A stretch of 64,000 nucleotides of DNA from Actinomycetes bacterium (lineage in GTDB: Bacteria; Actinomycetota; Acidimicrobiia; Acidimicrobiales; JAMCPL01). The notes below the pieces were generated by a model, which was not told where the DNA came from, made no database searches, and worked only from the letters and a program-made list of their open reading frames with translations. This document shows, one piece after another, positions 46,380-54,131 of the stretch (the stretch's first letter is position 1; the number at the start of each line of letters is the position of its first letter). The stretch covers positions 16,795-80,794 of the forward strand of contig JAKBVZ010000015.1 of NCBI GenBank assembly GCA_021841005.1, given 5' to 3'. A program made the translations under genes and the position numbers.

Positions 46380-48719
46380 TCAGGACGCCGGAGCTGCAAC
46401 GGTGAGCGCCGCTTCACGTACCTCTGTTGCAAAGTCGATTGCTCTGGCCTCCATGTTGGAGTGCGCAAGCTGCGCGGTGGCGACCACCTTGGCACCCTTG
46501 CTCTCGAATACCTTCGCAAGCACCCTGGACACGTTCTTCGGCGACACGCCGTACGTGCAGAACACGGCCACCCTCTTGCCTCCAAGTCTCGGGAGCCCTT
46601 CCATCCAGGCTCGCGTAGTCTTGGCTGGCTTCACTCCGGCAAAGACAAACCCCTCCACCCATGTTCCGAGCACGATAAGATCCGCCCAGGCCATCTCCGC
46701 TAGGCCCACCCTGGAGATCGGCAGGAACTTTACGGAGGCGCCCCTACCCCTTAACGATCCCGCTACGATAGATGCTGCTTTCTCAGTGTGGCCGGTGAGC
46801 GAATCATAGACAACCAGCACCCGTCTGGCACTTCCGCCGGTACTGACGCCTGTGCTACCAGTGCGAGCTGTACCCGATCCAGCCGTTCCTGTGCTCAAGT
46901 GGCTCCTTGCAGGGCTCGATGGACGAGAGCGCAGTATGGCTTCCGCAGCCTTCTTACCCTGGGACATCGACTCCACAACCGTCGATGGACCGATCAGGGC
47001 ATCTCCGGCGACCCAGACCCTATCACGCACCGCAAGTGACGCTGACATCAGACCCATCTCGCGGTTGATCGAAAGGGTGCCTACCGGATTGGAGTTGCAG
47101 AACTTCGATGCATCGTTGTGCAAGATGCCGCTCGCAACCCAGCGCCTGTCTGGCATACCTTTGGCCACCTTGCGGATGGGCGTTCCCGGGAGGTACTTGG
47201 CAAGCTCGGCATCGACCCTGTACCCCATGGCCATCACCACAAGATCAATCTCGACAGTGCGCACCTTGTCCTTCAGCACTTTCGGAAGCTTTGACCTGTC
47301 GTTCTGTACTGTAGATGCGAGCACGGCCCTCTTCACGCGACCGTTTTCCCCTTGGAACTCAATCAAGGTACTGGAGAAGTTGGCTTCGACGCCCTCCGCT
47401 TCGGCCTCGGCGAGTTCGTCTGGCCTCACCAGCGCAAAACGCCTATCCAGCCAGTCGACGCAGATCGCCTGTGAAGCCCCAAGACGCAGAGCCGAACGGG
47501 CCACGTCCATTGCGGTATTACCTGCACCAAGGACGAGAACCCTCGGCCCTTTGGCGGGATGGGTGGTACCGGTTAGATTGGTTCCGGCCGCCTCGCCGGA
47601 ACCGGTGCCGCTTGCAGTGCCGGTTGCCCCTGGAAGGCCGACCTCCTCTATACCGGTTCTTGCCTCTAAGGCATCCCTGGCTTTCTTCAGGAACCAGGTC
47701 GCGTCAGTAATACCGTCGAGGTCAGCGCCTGGAACCGGAAGCCTGATCGGCTTGCTCGCGCCATGGCAGAGCACGACGGCATCCATCTCCGCGATCAGCC
47801 TGTCAATGTCGCCATCCTGCACCTCTACGCCCAAGCGAAGATCCACCCCTGCTGCCTGCAAAGTATCCCACGGGCGCTTTGCCACCGCATCGGGCAGGGT
47901 AAAGTCGGGTATGCCCCACCTCAGCAGCCCTCCCAGATCCTCGTCTTTCTCGAATACCGTAACGGATACACCTGCTTGGACAAGAGTGGAAGCCGCCCCG
48001 ATGCCTGCCGGTCCAGCGCCAACTACAGCGACGGACATCCCCTCGCCATCATCAGAGAGCCGCTCGAGCGGTGGAACCGGCTCGTTATCGGTAATAAAGC
48101 GTTCGATCAGGCCGATTGCAACCGGCTTCTCACCCGCCAGTGACCATGAGCAGGAACCCTCACACTGGGCGGACTGATCGCATACCCGTGAACACACATC
48201 CGGAAGGAATGACGTGTTCCGCAAGATCGAGTGGGCACGAGAAAGATCGCCTTCCCTGACCGCCCGTATAAATCCTGGAATGTCGTTGTGCGCCGGACAG
48301 CCTCTCATGCAGGTAGGGTCAGGGCAGTCGAGGCAACGCATCGCTTCCTGCCGAGCAGCCTCGAACGATGGGATGCCTTTGCGCATCTCCTGGTTGTCTC
48401 CAAGCACCGAATCGAGATGCAACACTTCCCGCTCCACCCGCTGTCCCGCAAGCGCAGGTCCTTCGATGACAATAGCGCTGAACGGACAGGTCCTCTCACA
48501 CTGCCTGCAGCCAACACACAATGCGTCGTCACCCTGGGCAATCCATAGGTCAACGTGCATCGTAAGGGCGCCTTTCGGGCAGCGTATTACGCATTCCTGG
48601 CATCCTGCACAGCGCTCGGCATTTACATGGATGGACGGCATTGTAAGGGTGTCTCTCGGTGAACCTGTAGTACTCTCACCTTGGCCTGCAGTGCCGTGCC
48701 TGGCTTCCGTAATAGTCAT
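46380..48719 (-). CDS. triple-fusion oxidoreductase: 2x[4Fe-4S] ferredoxin + GltD/NfnB-like NAD(P)H flavoprotein + flavodoxin
   Basis: Ferredoxin 'CAGCQECVIRCP' and 'CVGCRQCERTCP'. GltD-type 'CLDCPDPTCMRGCPAHNDIP', 'VAVVGAGPAGIGAA' and 'VLVLGAGNTAMDVA'. C-terminal flavodoxin 'VLVVYDSLTGHTEKAA'. AAAGGAG SD. Confidence 0.85.
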   Translation of the reverse strand: MTITEARHGTAGQGESTTGSPRDTLTMPSIHVNAERCAGCQECVIRCPKGALTMHVDLWIAQGDDALCVGCRQCERTCPFSAIVIEGPALAGQRVEREVLHLDSVLGDNQEMRKGIPSFEAARQEAMRCLDCPDPTCMRGCPAHNDIPGFIRAVREGDLSRAHSILRNTSFLPDVCSRVCDQSAQCEGSCSWSLAGEKPVAIGLIERFITDNEPVPPLERLSDDGEGMSVAVVGAGPAGIGAASTLVQAGVSVTVFEKDEDLGGLLRWGIPDFTLPDAVAKRPWDTLQAAGVDLRLGVEVQDGDIDRLIAEMDAVVLCHGASKPIRLPVPGADLDGITDATWFLKKARDALEARTGIEEVGLPGATGTASGTGSGEAAGTNLTGTTHPAKGPRVLVLGAGNTAMDVARSALRLGASQAICVDWLDRRFALVRPDELAEAEAEGVEANFSSTLIEFQGENGRVKRAVLASTVQNDRSKLPKVLKDKVRTVEIDLVVMAMGYRVDAELAKYLPGTPIRKVAKGMPDRRWVASGILHNDASKFCNSNPVGTLSINREMGLMSASLAVRDRVWVAGDALIGPSTVVESMSQGKKAAEAILRSRPSSPARSHLSTGTAGSGTARTGSTGVSTGGSARRVLVVYDSLTGHTEKAASIVAGSLRGRGASVKFLPISRVGLAEMAWADLIVLGTWVEGFVFAGVKPAKTTRAWMEGLPRLGGKRVAVFCTYGVSPKNVSRVLAKVFESKGAKVVATAQLAHSNMEARAIDFATEVREAALTVAAPAS

Positions 48720-48747
48720 GATCCAAAATCTCCTTTCAATTCACTCA

Positions 48748-50727
48748 TCACGATGCAGCGTGCATTGGAATATAGAGCAACAGCATGCTCATCCCTATGG
48801 CCAGCACCATGAAGATGGACATTGCCTTTGCCAACGCGGGTCGGCTAGTCAATGAGGCCATGTCTCTCTTGAATATCCTCTTCATCACCCAGAGCGACAG
48901 TAGAAGTCCGGCCGCCATAACGGCAAGCTGTATGCCTACAATCTGCCATCCGATATACGATGGCAGATTGTCAAAGTTCTTCACGTGCTGGGCAAAAATA
49001 GTCATGTTGTACCAGCCGGTATGCACGCCGAGTTCTCCAAGGACGGAACTGACCACCCTGGGCGTATGCTTGATGAACCTGGGTAGCTGCCGGGCAAGAT
49101 AGTCGGCCGCTGTCACCGGTATGAGGGCGTAAGCAAATGGCACGTACCACTGCTTCCAGGAAGAAATGATCCGCTTCTTCTGGGATAGATGTACCTGGCC
49201 ACCGGTCTCAGCGCGATCTACCGCACCCTCACTTGGCACACCGCCATGGCCGTCAGCACCGGCAACCAGAGTGCCTACACCGCCTAGCGCTCCGCCACTG
49301 GCCGTACCATCATCTGATGCATAACCGGCCGATCCGGATGTATACATGGAACTGTAGCCACTCGTGCTATGGGCACTCTGGGTGCTCATGCCGTAACCGC
49401 CTGCGTGACCGGCGGTGACAGCCGTATTAATGAGTAGGCCCTCGCTCACCTCAGAGCATCCACCGACGGCACCAGCGGCAGTGCCACCAGCACCGGCAAC
49501 GCCAGCATATGTAGCAGCAGGAATTCGCTCCCGACGCGCCGCCACGGCCCGGATCAGCAATCCTGCACCGACAACCATACCGGCGAACAAGGCTATCAGG
49601 ACAACGTAATCAATCGGATTGGGGTAGGGGATACCTGTCCAGGCAGTGAGGCGGCTATCGACGGATGCGTAGATGTTCAATGCGTTCACCTGCTGGAACA
49701 CGACCAAGCCAAGTAGGAGTGACACGCCCAGAGCGATGTCCACCCGGCGCTTGCTCGGAGCCACGACTGAGGTAAGGGGCTTCTGCACAAAGAGGCCTAT
49801 GTTGTCGTATGGGCATGCCTTGTAGCATTCGCTACACAGACCACATAGCAGGTTCGAGTCCGCACTCCCCGGCCAAGTGTACCACGGGCAACCGAAGCCC
49901 TTCTCATTGCCTCTCATACAGTCCTTGGTCGGGCATGATATGCATTTCTCGCGATCTCTGGTGCGGAAGCCGGCAACCGACCCCATCGCTCCGACGGTAC
50001 CGATCAGGGAGGATAGGGGGCAGATATAGCGGCAGAAGGTCCTACGCTCGAAGAGTAGGAATATGATAACGGCAGACCCGACTATACCCATTACCATGAA
50101 ACTCGTGTCATAAGCAGGACCTGGACCAGCTATGTTGAAGAACTCCTCTATCCAGGTAAGAACTATGAACGTAGTTACAGATATAAGCAGTCCATACCCA
50201 GCCCATTTTTCAGGAAGTTTCCATCCAAGCCCGAGGGCCTTCTGGGTACGCTTGAAGAATGCCTTACGCTGTATCCACTCACCAAACCCACCAAAGGGGC
50301 ACATTGAGCACCAGGCTCTTCCCACAACCACCATCATCACGAATACCAGGCAGAACCATACGTACCAGGTAATAGCAGCGCCAAAACTGCGACCCGGGGC
50401 AAGACTTGGAAAGACTAGACCCAGGACGATGACCGCCCAGAAGATTACCTGGTTGGGCAGGATGAGGAAGAACTGGAACTTCCTAGACTGCATGGCCCTT
50501 GCCAGCAGTTTCCCCAGCACGGGGATGCGCGTCACGTCAATAGGCGGGTCGGTCTCGGCAAATCTGGTCCTGGCCGCCCTGCGCTCCGGCGGGCGCAAGC
50601 GTACCTTGATTGGCGCCGGTCCGGGCGGGGGCTGCACCGAAGCATTGTCCTCCGGTGACCATGGCTCCGTGAGCCCTATATCCTCGACCACTCCAGTCGC
50701 TTGCATCTCTTCTGTTACCGTCACCAT
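48748..50727 (-). CDS. NapH/NosH-like membrane polyferredoxin (CxxxCP motifs + 2 ferredoxin-type clusters) with extra C-terminal TM helices
   Basis: 'AWCSMCPFG', 'FCRYICPLSS', 'CISCPTKDC...GCPW' and 'CGLCSECYKACPYDN'. The start is placed at ATG 50727 after a GAAAGGAG SD; the ORF opens at 50946. Confidence 0.8.
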   Translation of the reverse strand: MVTVTEEMQATGVVEDIGLTEPWSPEDNASVQPPPGPAPIKVRLRPPERRAARTRFAETDPPIDVTRIPVLGKLLARAMQSRKFQFFLILPNQVIFWAVIVLGLVFPSLAPGRSFGAAITWYVWFCLVFVMMVVVGRAWCSMCPFGGFGEWIQRKAFFKRTQKALGLGWKLPEKWAGYGLLISVTTFIVLTWIEEFFNIAGPGPAYDTSFMVMGIVGSAVIIFLLFERRTFCRYICPLSSLIGTVGAMGSVAGFRTRDREKCISCPTKDCMRGNEKGFGCPWYTWPGSADSNLLCGLCSECYKACPYDNIGLFVQKPLTSVVAPSKRRVDIALGVSLLLGLVVFQQVNALNIYASVDSRLTAWTGIPYPNPIDYVVLIALFAGMVVGAGLLIRAVAARRERIPAATYAGVAGAGGTAAGAVGGCSEVSEGLLINTAVTAGHAGGYGMSTQSAHSTSGYSSMYTSGSAGYASDDGTASGGALGGVGTLVAGADGHGGVPSEGAVDRAETGGQVHLSQKKRIISSWKQWYVPFAYALIPVTAADYLARQLPRFIKHTPRVVSSVLGELGVHTGWYNMTIFAQHVKNFDNLPSYIGWQIVGIQLAVMAAGLLLSLWVMKRIFKRDMASLTSRPALAKAMSIFMVLAIGMSMLLLYIPMHAAS

Positions 50728-50987
50728 TACTCCTTTCAAGGGTAAGGGGCCTCTCCGCAACACGTTCCCAACATGTACACCGTGTACGGCTCGATCGCTT
50801 CCGCGATACTCGCCTTCACTATGCCCACTCGAACAAATATGGACAGTTCCCTGAACCCGTACCCAAGCTGCGTAATGCCCCATCAGGAATGCCCCACAGT
50901 CACCTGTTGGGCTCCCCCGACAGGACTCCCGCAGATATGCTTGCATGCTCTACCTATAGGGTGCGCTTTTTTGAAGGCGGTAGCCAG

Positions 50988-51024
50988 GGTACAAAAGCAC
51001 CTACGTAGTGACCAATTACGTAGG
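50988..51024 (-). terminator. intrinsic-terminator-like hairpin 10 nt after the histidine-kinase stop
   Basis: On the minus strand: CCUACGUA-auuggucac-UACGUAGG followed by UGCUUUUGU. Confidence 0.5.
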
Positions 51025-51033
51025 GGACTACCC

Positions 51034-52146
51034 CTATACGTACGGTACGTATGCCCGTACGGTACTTCCTCTACCAGGCGCGGATTGTACGTAGAGATTC
51101 CCGCCTACGAGCTGGGCGCGCTCGTACATGCCCAGCATACCGAAGTGCTCACCGTGATAGAACCCGTCGGGTCCGATAAAACCCCACCCGCCGGTACCGG
51201 TGGAACCTGCGGATAGGAAATCGTCCGATACCCGGAATCCGATACCGTCATCGACTATCTCCAATTCCACGGCATCCTCCCCGAAGTGGAGAGTCATGCT
51301 GCCATGGCGGGCACCCGAATGCCGAGCCACGTTGGAGAGCGCTTCCTGTGCGATCCGGTATAGTGCAAGTTCAGTATCGTCATCGAGGATGCGTGATGGC
51401 GCCTTTCCCAAGACCTCGAATTCGACTTCAAGTGAATCAGTAGCCGCATCTTCTGCCAACCTCGCCAGGGCCACTTCGAGACCAAGATCTTCCAGCGCAG
51501 GCGGCCTCAACCCCCTTACCACCTCCCGGAGACCCTTTACCGACTCGTCGACAAGCTGGCGTGCCTGGGCCATGGCGTCCCTGGCACTGCCGGGAAGATC
51601 GGGTGCTTTGCTGACCGCGGATACCTTCCTCCCAAGCTGGATCAGAGTCTGCAGAGTCTCATCATGCAGCTCGCGAGCAATGCGGCTGCGCTCGTCCTCC
51701 AGCCCGGAGAGCACAGCCTGAGCATATGCCTCCACCTTGGACCTCGCCGCCTTGTAGGCATCATTGAGGTCATGCTCCCGCTGCATGCGCCAACCAGCAA
51801 AGACCCCCACTACGATGACAATAGCCACCATGATGATATCGCCCGTCATGTCAAGAGTCTCGCCGTGAATACCATCAATCACAATGTCGGGAATCCAGAG
51901 AATGACCACCCATGCCGTCAGGGCGACCGATCCGCTGAGTCCGAAGCGCAACGCCCCATAGAGTATGGGAAGTATGAGAAGCGCAGGTACATCACTGTCC
52001 GGGAATATATTGAAAGCATGGCTGTCGAGCAACATCTGCCCGCCAACAATGCCCGCGCAAAGCACCACGGCCACCCAGAATCTCCAATCCCTGAAGGGGC
52101 CCGTGCCGGTAGATGCTGCTACCCGGTAGGGAACGCTCGACGGCAT
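51034..52146 (-). CDS. membrane sensor histidine kinase (HisKA_3 / NarL-partner class)
   Basis: About 4-5 N-terminal TM helices, H-box 'RIARELHDETLQTL', and HATPase 'GMYERAQLVGGNLYVQSAPGRGSTV'. Confidence 0.88.
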   Translation of the reverse strand: MPSSVPYRVAASTGTGPFRDWRFWVAVVLCAGIVGGQMLLDSHAFNIFPDSDVPALLILPILYGALRFGLSGSVALTAWVVILWIPDIVIDGIHGETLDMTGDIIMVAIVIVVGVFAGWRMQREHDLNDAYKAARSKVEAYAQAVLSGLEDERSRIARELHDETLQTLIQLGRKVSAVSKAPDLPGSARDAMAQARQLVDESVKGLREVVRGLRPPALEDLGLEVALARLAEDAATDSLEVEFEVLGKAPSRILDDDTELALYRIAQEALSNVARHSGARHGSMTLHFGEDAVELEIVDDGIGFRVSDDFLSAGSTGTGGWGFIGPDGFYHGEHFGMLGMYERAQLVGGNLYVQSAPGRGSTVRAYVPYV

Positions 52147-52157
52147 CGCCGGACGAC

Positions 52158-52925
52158 CTAGGAAGTCGATGGCATGGTTTCGGGCCCGTATCCGGGCATG
52201 TTTCCGGGCAGCTTGCCGTCAGCACTGGTGGCGGTAGTGGCACTGGCATTAGCACCACTAGTGGTGGTGGCCGTGCTCACAAGGCCCTTTTCCATAGCAA
52301 ATACCGAGAGCTTGGTCCTCGAATTGACCCCCAGCTTGTCGAAGATATGGCGAATATGAGTCTCCACCGTGCGTCTGGATATGTCGAGCCTGTCCGCAAT
52401 GGCCTTGTTGGAGAGACCCTCCACCACCATCCTCACCACCTCTAGTTCCCGATCCGAAAGCGTGGATGGCGGGCCTGGCTCTGCAACCAAGTCGTCAGTG
52501 CCCTCCCTCAGCCCCATCGCCAAGGACCTGTCGACCACCACCGCTCCTGATCGCAGCGCATATATGGCATTGATGATCTCCTCGTCAGGAGCGCTCTTCA
52601 GAAGGTAACCGGAGACCCCCGCCGCCAACGCTGAGCGAAGGTAGTCACTGTCACCGTAGGCTGAGAGTATGAGCAATTTCATCTGCGGGAACTCCTTGGA
52701 CAGCCTCTTGGCAAACTCTATGCCGCTCTCACCAGGAAGCCGCACATCGAGGACGAGGATATCCGGAATGCGCTCCTTGATCAGTAGGTAGGCATCCTTG
52801 GAGTTGCCGGCCTCTCCGACCACCAGCACATCCCCGTGCTCCTCCAGTATCTCCTTCGTACCCTGGCGCACGACCGGATGATCGTCGACCAGCACCACAC
52901 TCAACTGATGATTTTCCACCAACAT
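52158..52925 (-). CDS. NarL/LuxR-family response regulator (RR1)
   Basis: Receiver 'VVLVDDHPVV...LVLDVRLPG' and HTH 'LSDRELEVVRMVVEGLSNKAIADRLDISRRTVETH'. An 11-nt gap separates it from the kinase gene. Confidence 0.92.
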   Translation of the reverse strand: MLVENHQLSVVLVDDHPVVRQGTKEILEEHGDVLVVGEAGNSKDAYLLIKERIPDILVLDVRLPGESGIEFAKRLSKEFPQMKLLILSAYGDSDYLRSALAAGVSGYLLKSAPDEEIINAIYALRSGAVVVDRSLAMGLREGTDDLVAEPGPPSTLSDRELEVVRMVVEGLSNKAIADRLDISRRTVETHIRHIFDKLGVNSRTKLSVFAMEKGLVSTATTTSGANASATTATSADGKLPGNMPGYGPETMPSTS

Positions 52926-53073
52926 ATCCCATGTCCTTCTTTCAGGAGACCAACCGACCCCGAACTATACGAACCTTGTTTGGGTGCCTTCAGTATCTAT
53001 ACTAGCTATTCTGCACTGTGGCGACGAGAATGCCAACGGTGGGTGCACGGATAGCGGCACCGTATTTACCCCC

Positions 53074-53176
53074 ACTCTCCATAGGTATTTGCCGCACCAA
53101 TCACCGCACTTGCAACCCTCCCTATCCACCGTTCTCTCTACGTGCCGACTCTCCATACGTATTTACCGCACCAATC
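53074..53176. promoter_or_regulatory. 29-bp direct repeat (offset 74 bp) in the RR1/RR2 divergent intergenic region; candidate regulator-binding sites
   Basis: 'ACTCTCCATA(G/C)GTATTT(G/A)CCGCACCAATC' occurs at 53074 and 53148. A third partial match 'CCGTATTTACC' lies at ~53059. Confidence 0.6.
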
Positions 53177-53223
53177 TTCATCCTGTCCATCCTCTCGGCA
53201 TCCAACTGATAATATGGACCTCG

Positions 53224-53886
53224 GTGGAAGGCACTCCTATCACAATACTGCTTGCTGACGATCACGCCGTCGTAAGGGAAGGGATACGTCAGATAATCGA
53301 ACGCAGCGCCGACATGCAAGTGATCGGCGAAGCAGGTGACGGTGAAACAGCCATCGAACTGGCTCGCCGCTCTCTACCCCAGGTAGCGCTGCTCGACATC
53401 CGCCTGCCAGGAATCACTGGGATAGAGGCGGCACAGCAGATTGCCAAAGTGTCACCAGAGACGAAGGTCCTCATCTTGAGCGCATACGCCGAGCAGGCGT
53501 ACATAGAAGCCGCCATGGAGGCCGGGGTGCATGGGTACCTGCTGAAAAGCGCGCCGGGCCGGGTACTCCTAGACTCGATCCGGGCGGTACGCTCCGGAGC
53601 CATGGTGCTGGACAGTTCGCTGCCGAGAGGCCCTATAGGCCATCCCATCGACAGACCACCAGATGACGGTGAATCTCCGGTACTCACCCCCCGGGAACTG
53701 GAGATAGTTACCTTGGTCACCAAGGGATATCGCAACAAGCAAATCGCAATGGAGCTGGGCGTGTCTCTACGTACCGTAGAAAGCCACTTGGAACACATCT
53801 TCGACAAGGTGGGCAGCACCTCCCGTACGGAGCTATCCATGTATGCAGTGGCCCACAGCTGGGTCGATCCAAACAATGACGACTAG
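53224..53886 (+). CDS. NarL/LuxR-family response regulator (RR2, paralogue of RR1, no adjacent kinase)
   Basis: 'ILLADDHAVVREG...ALLDIRLPG' and 'LTPRELEIVTLVTKGYRNKQIAMELGVSLRTVESH'. The in-frame GTG at 53224 is chosen as the start; the ORF track extends upstream through the intergenic repeats. Confidence 0.88.
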   Translation: MEGTPITILLADDHAVVREGIRQIIERSADMQVIGEAGDGETAIELARRSLPQVALLDIRLPGITGIEAAQQIAKVSPETKVLILSAYAEQAYIEAAMEAGVHGYLLKSAPGRVLLDSIRAVRSGAMVLDSSLPRGPIGHPIDRPPDDGESPVLTPRELEIVTLVTKGYRNKQIAMELGVSLRTVESHLEHIFDKVGSTSRTELSMYAVAHSWVDPNNDD

Positions 53887-53892
53887 GATCCG

Positions 53893-53985
53893 ACTAGGGT
53901 CTACAGCTGATAGGCGTGCGCGCATGATGCAGGCAGTCCCAGATGACTGATCCAAACAGGGGCAACTAGGGTCTACAGCTGATAG
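53893..53985. repeat. 21-bp direct repeat (offset 72 bp) starting 7 nt after the RR2 stop
   Basis: 'ACTAGGGTCTACAGCTGATAG' occurs at 53893 and 53965. Confidence 0.95.
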
Positions 53986-54035
53986 AGCCTACCGCTGAAG
54001 CTGACCCGTCCGCGGAATGACTGTCCCACACAAAC

Positions 54036-54066
54036 AGAGGAGCCAGGCACTTAGCCTGGCTCCTCT
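54036..54066. terminator. bidirectional terminator hairpin between RR2 and the giant surface-protein gene
   Basis: AGAGGAGCCAGGC-actta-GCCTGGCTCCTCT is a perfect 13-bp stem. The minus-strand transcript continues GUUUGUGUG. Confidence 0.7.
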
Positions 54067-54131
54067 TCATTCGGAACGCCCACTGTGGGCGTAGGATACC
54101 CGAGATTACCGTTGATCTTCCAAGCGGTGGG

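Noticed and set aside
46852-48177. 441-aa plus-strand ORF antisense to the triple-fusion oxidoreductase. Similar long shadow ORFs occur at 7512-8339(-), 18948-19676(-), 42705-43472(-), 34504-34998(-) and 56454-57050(+).
   Set aside because: These ORFs have no recognisable motifs and a Pro/Arg/Ser/Ala-rich composition typical of off-frame or antisense reading of GC-rich genes. Each is fully covered by a gene with strong family motifs.
50728-50946. N-terminal 73-aa extension of the NapH-like ORF, and the similar upstream extensions of lexA (to 14271), prmC (to 7114), RR2 (to 52984) and the phosphatase-like gene (to 36212).
   Set aside because: The extensions lack SD sequences, run through intergenic repeats or neighbouring genes, and have atypical composition. 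Internal starts with good SDs fit the family N-termini.
9672-53985. The spaced direct repeats (21-36 bp repeats with 36-51 bp 'spacers') as mini CRISPR arrays.
   Set aside because: Each locus has only two copies, apart from one true tandem array. The repeat sequences are unrelated between loci, no cas genes are present, and several repeats overlap start-codon regions.
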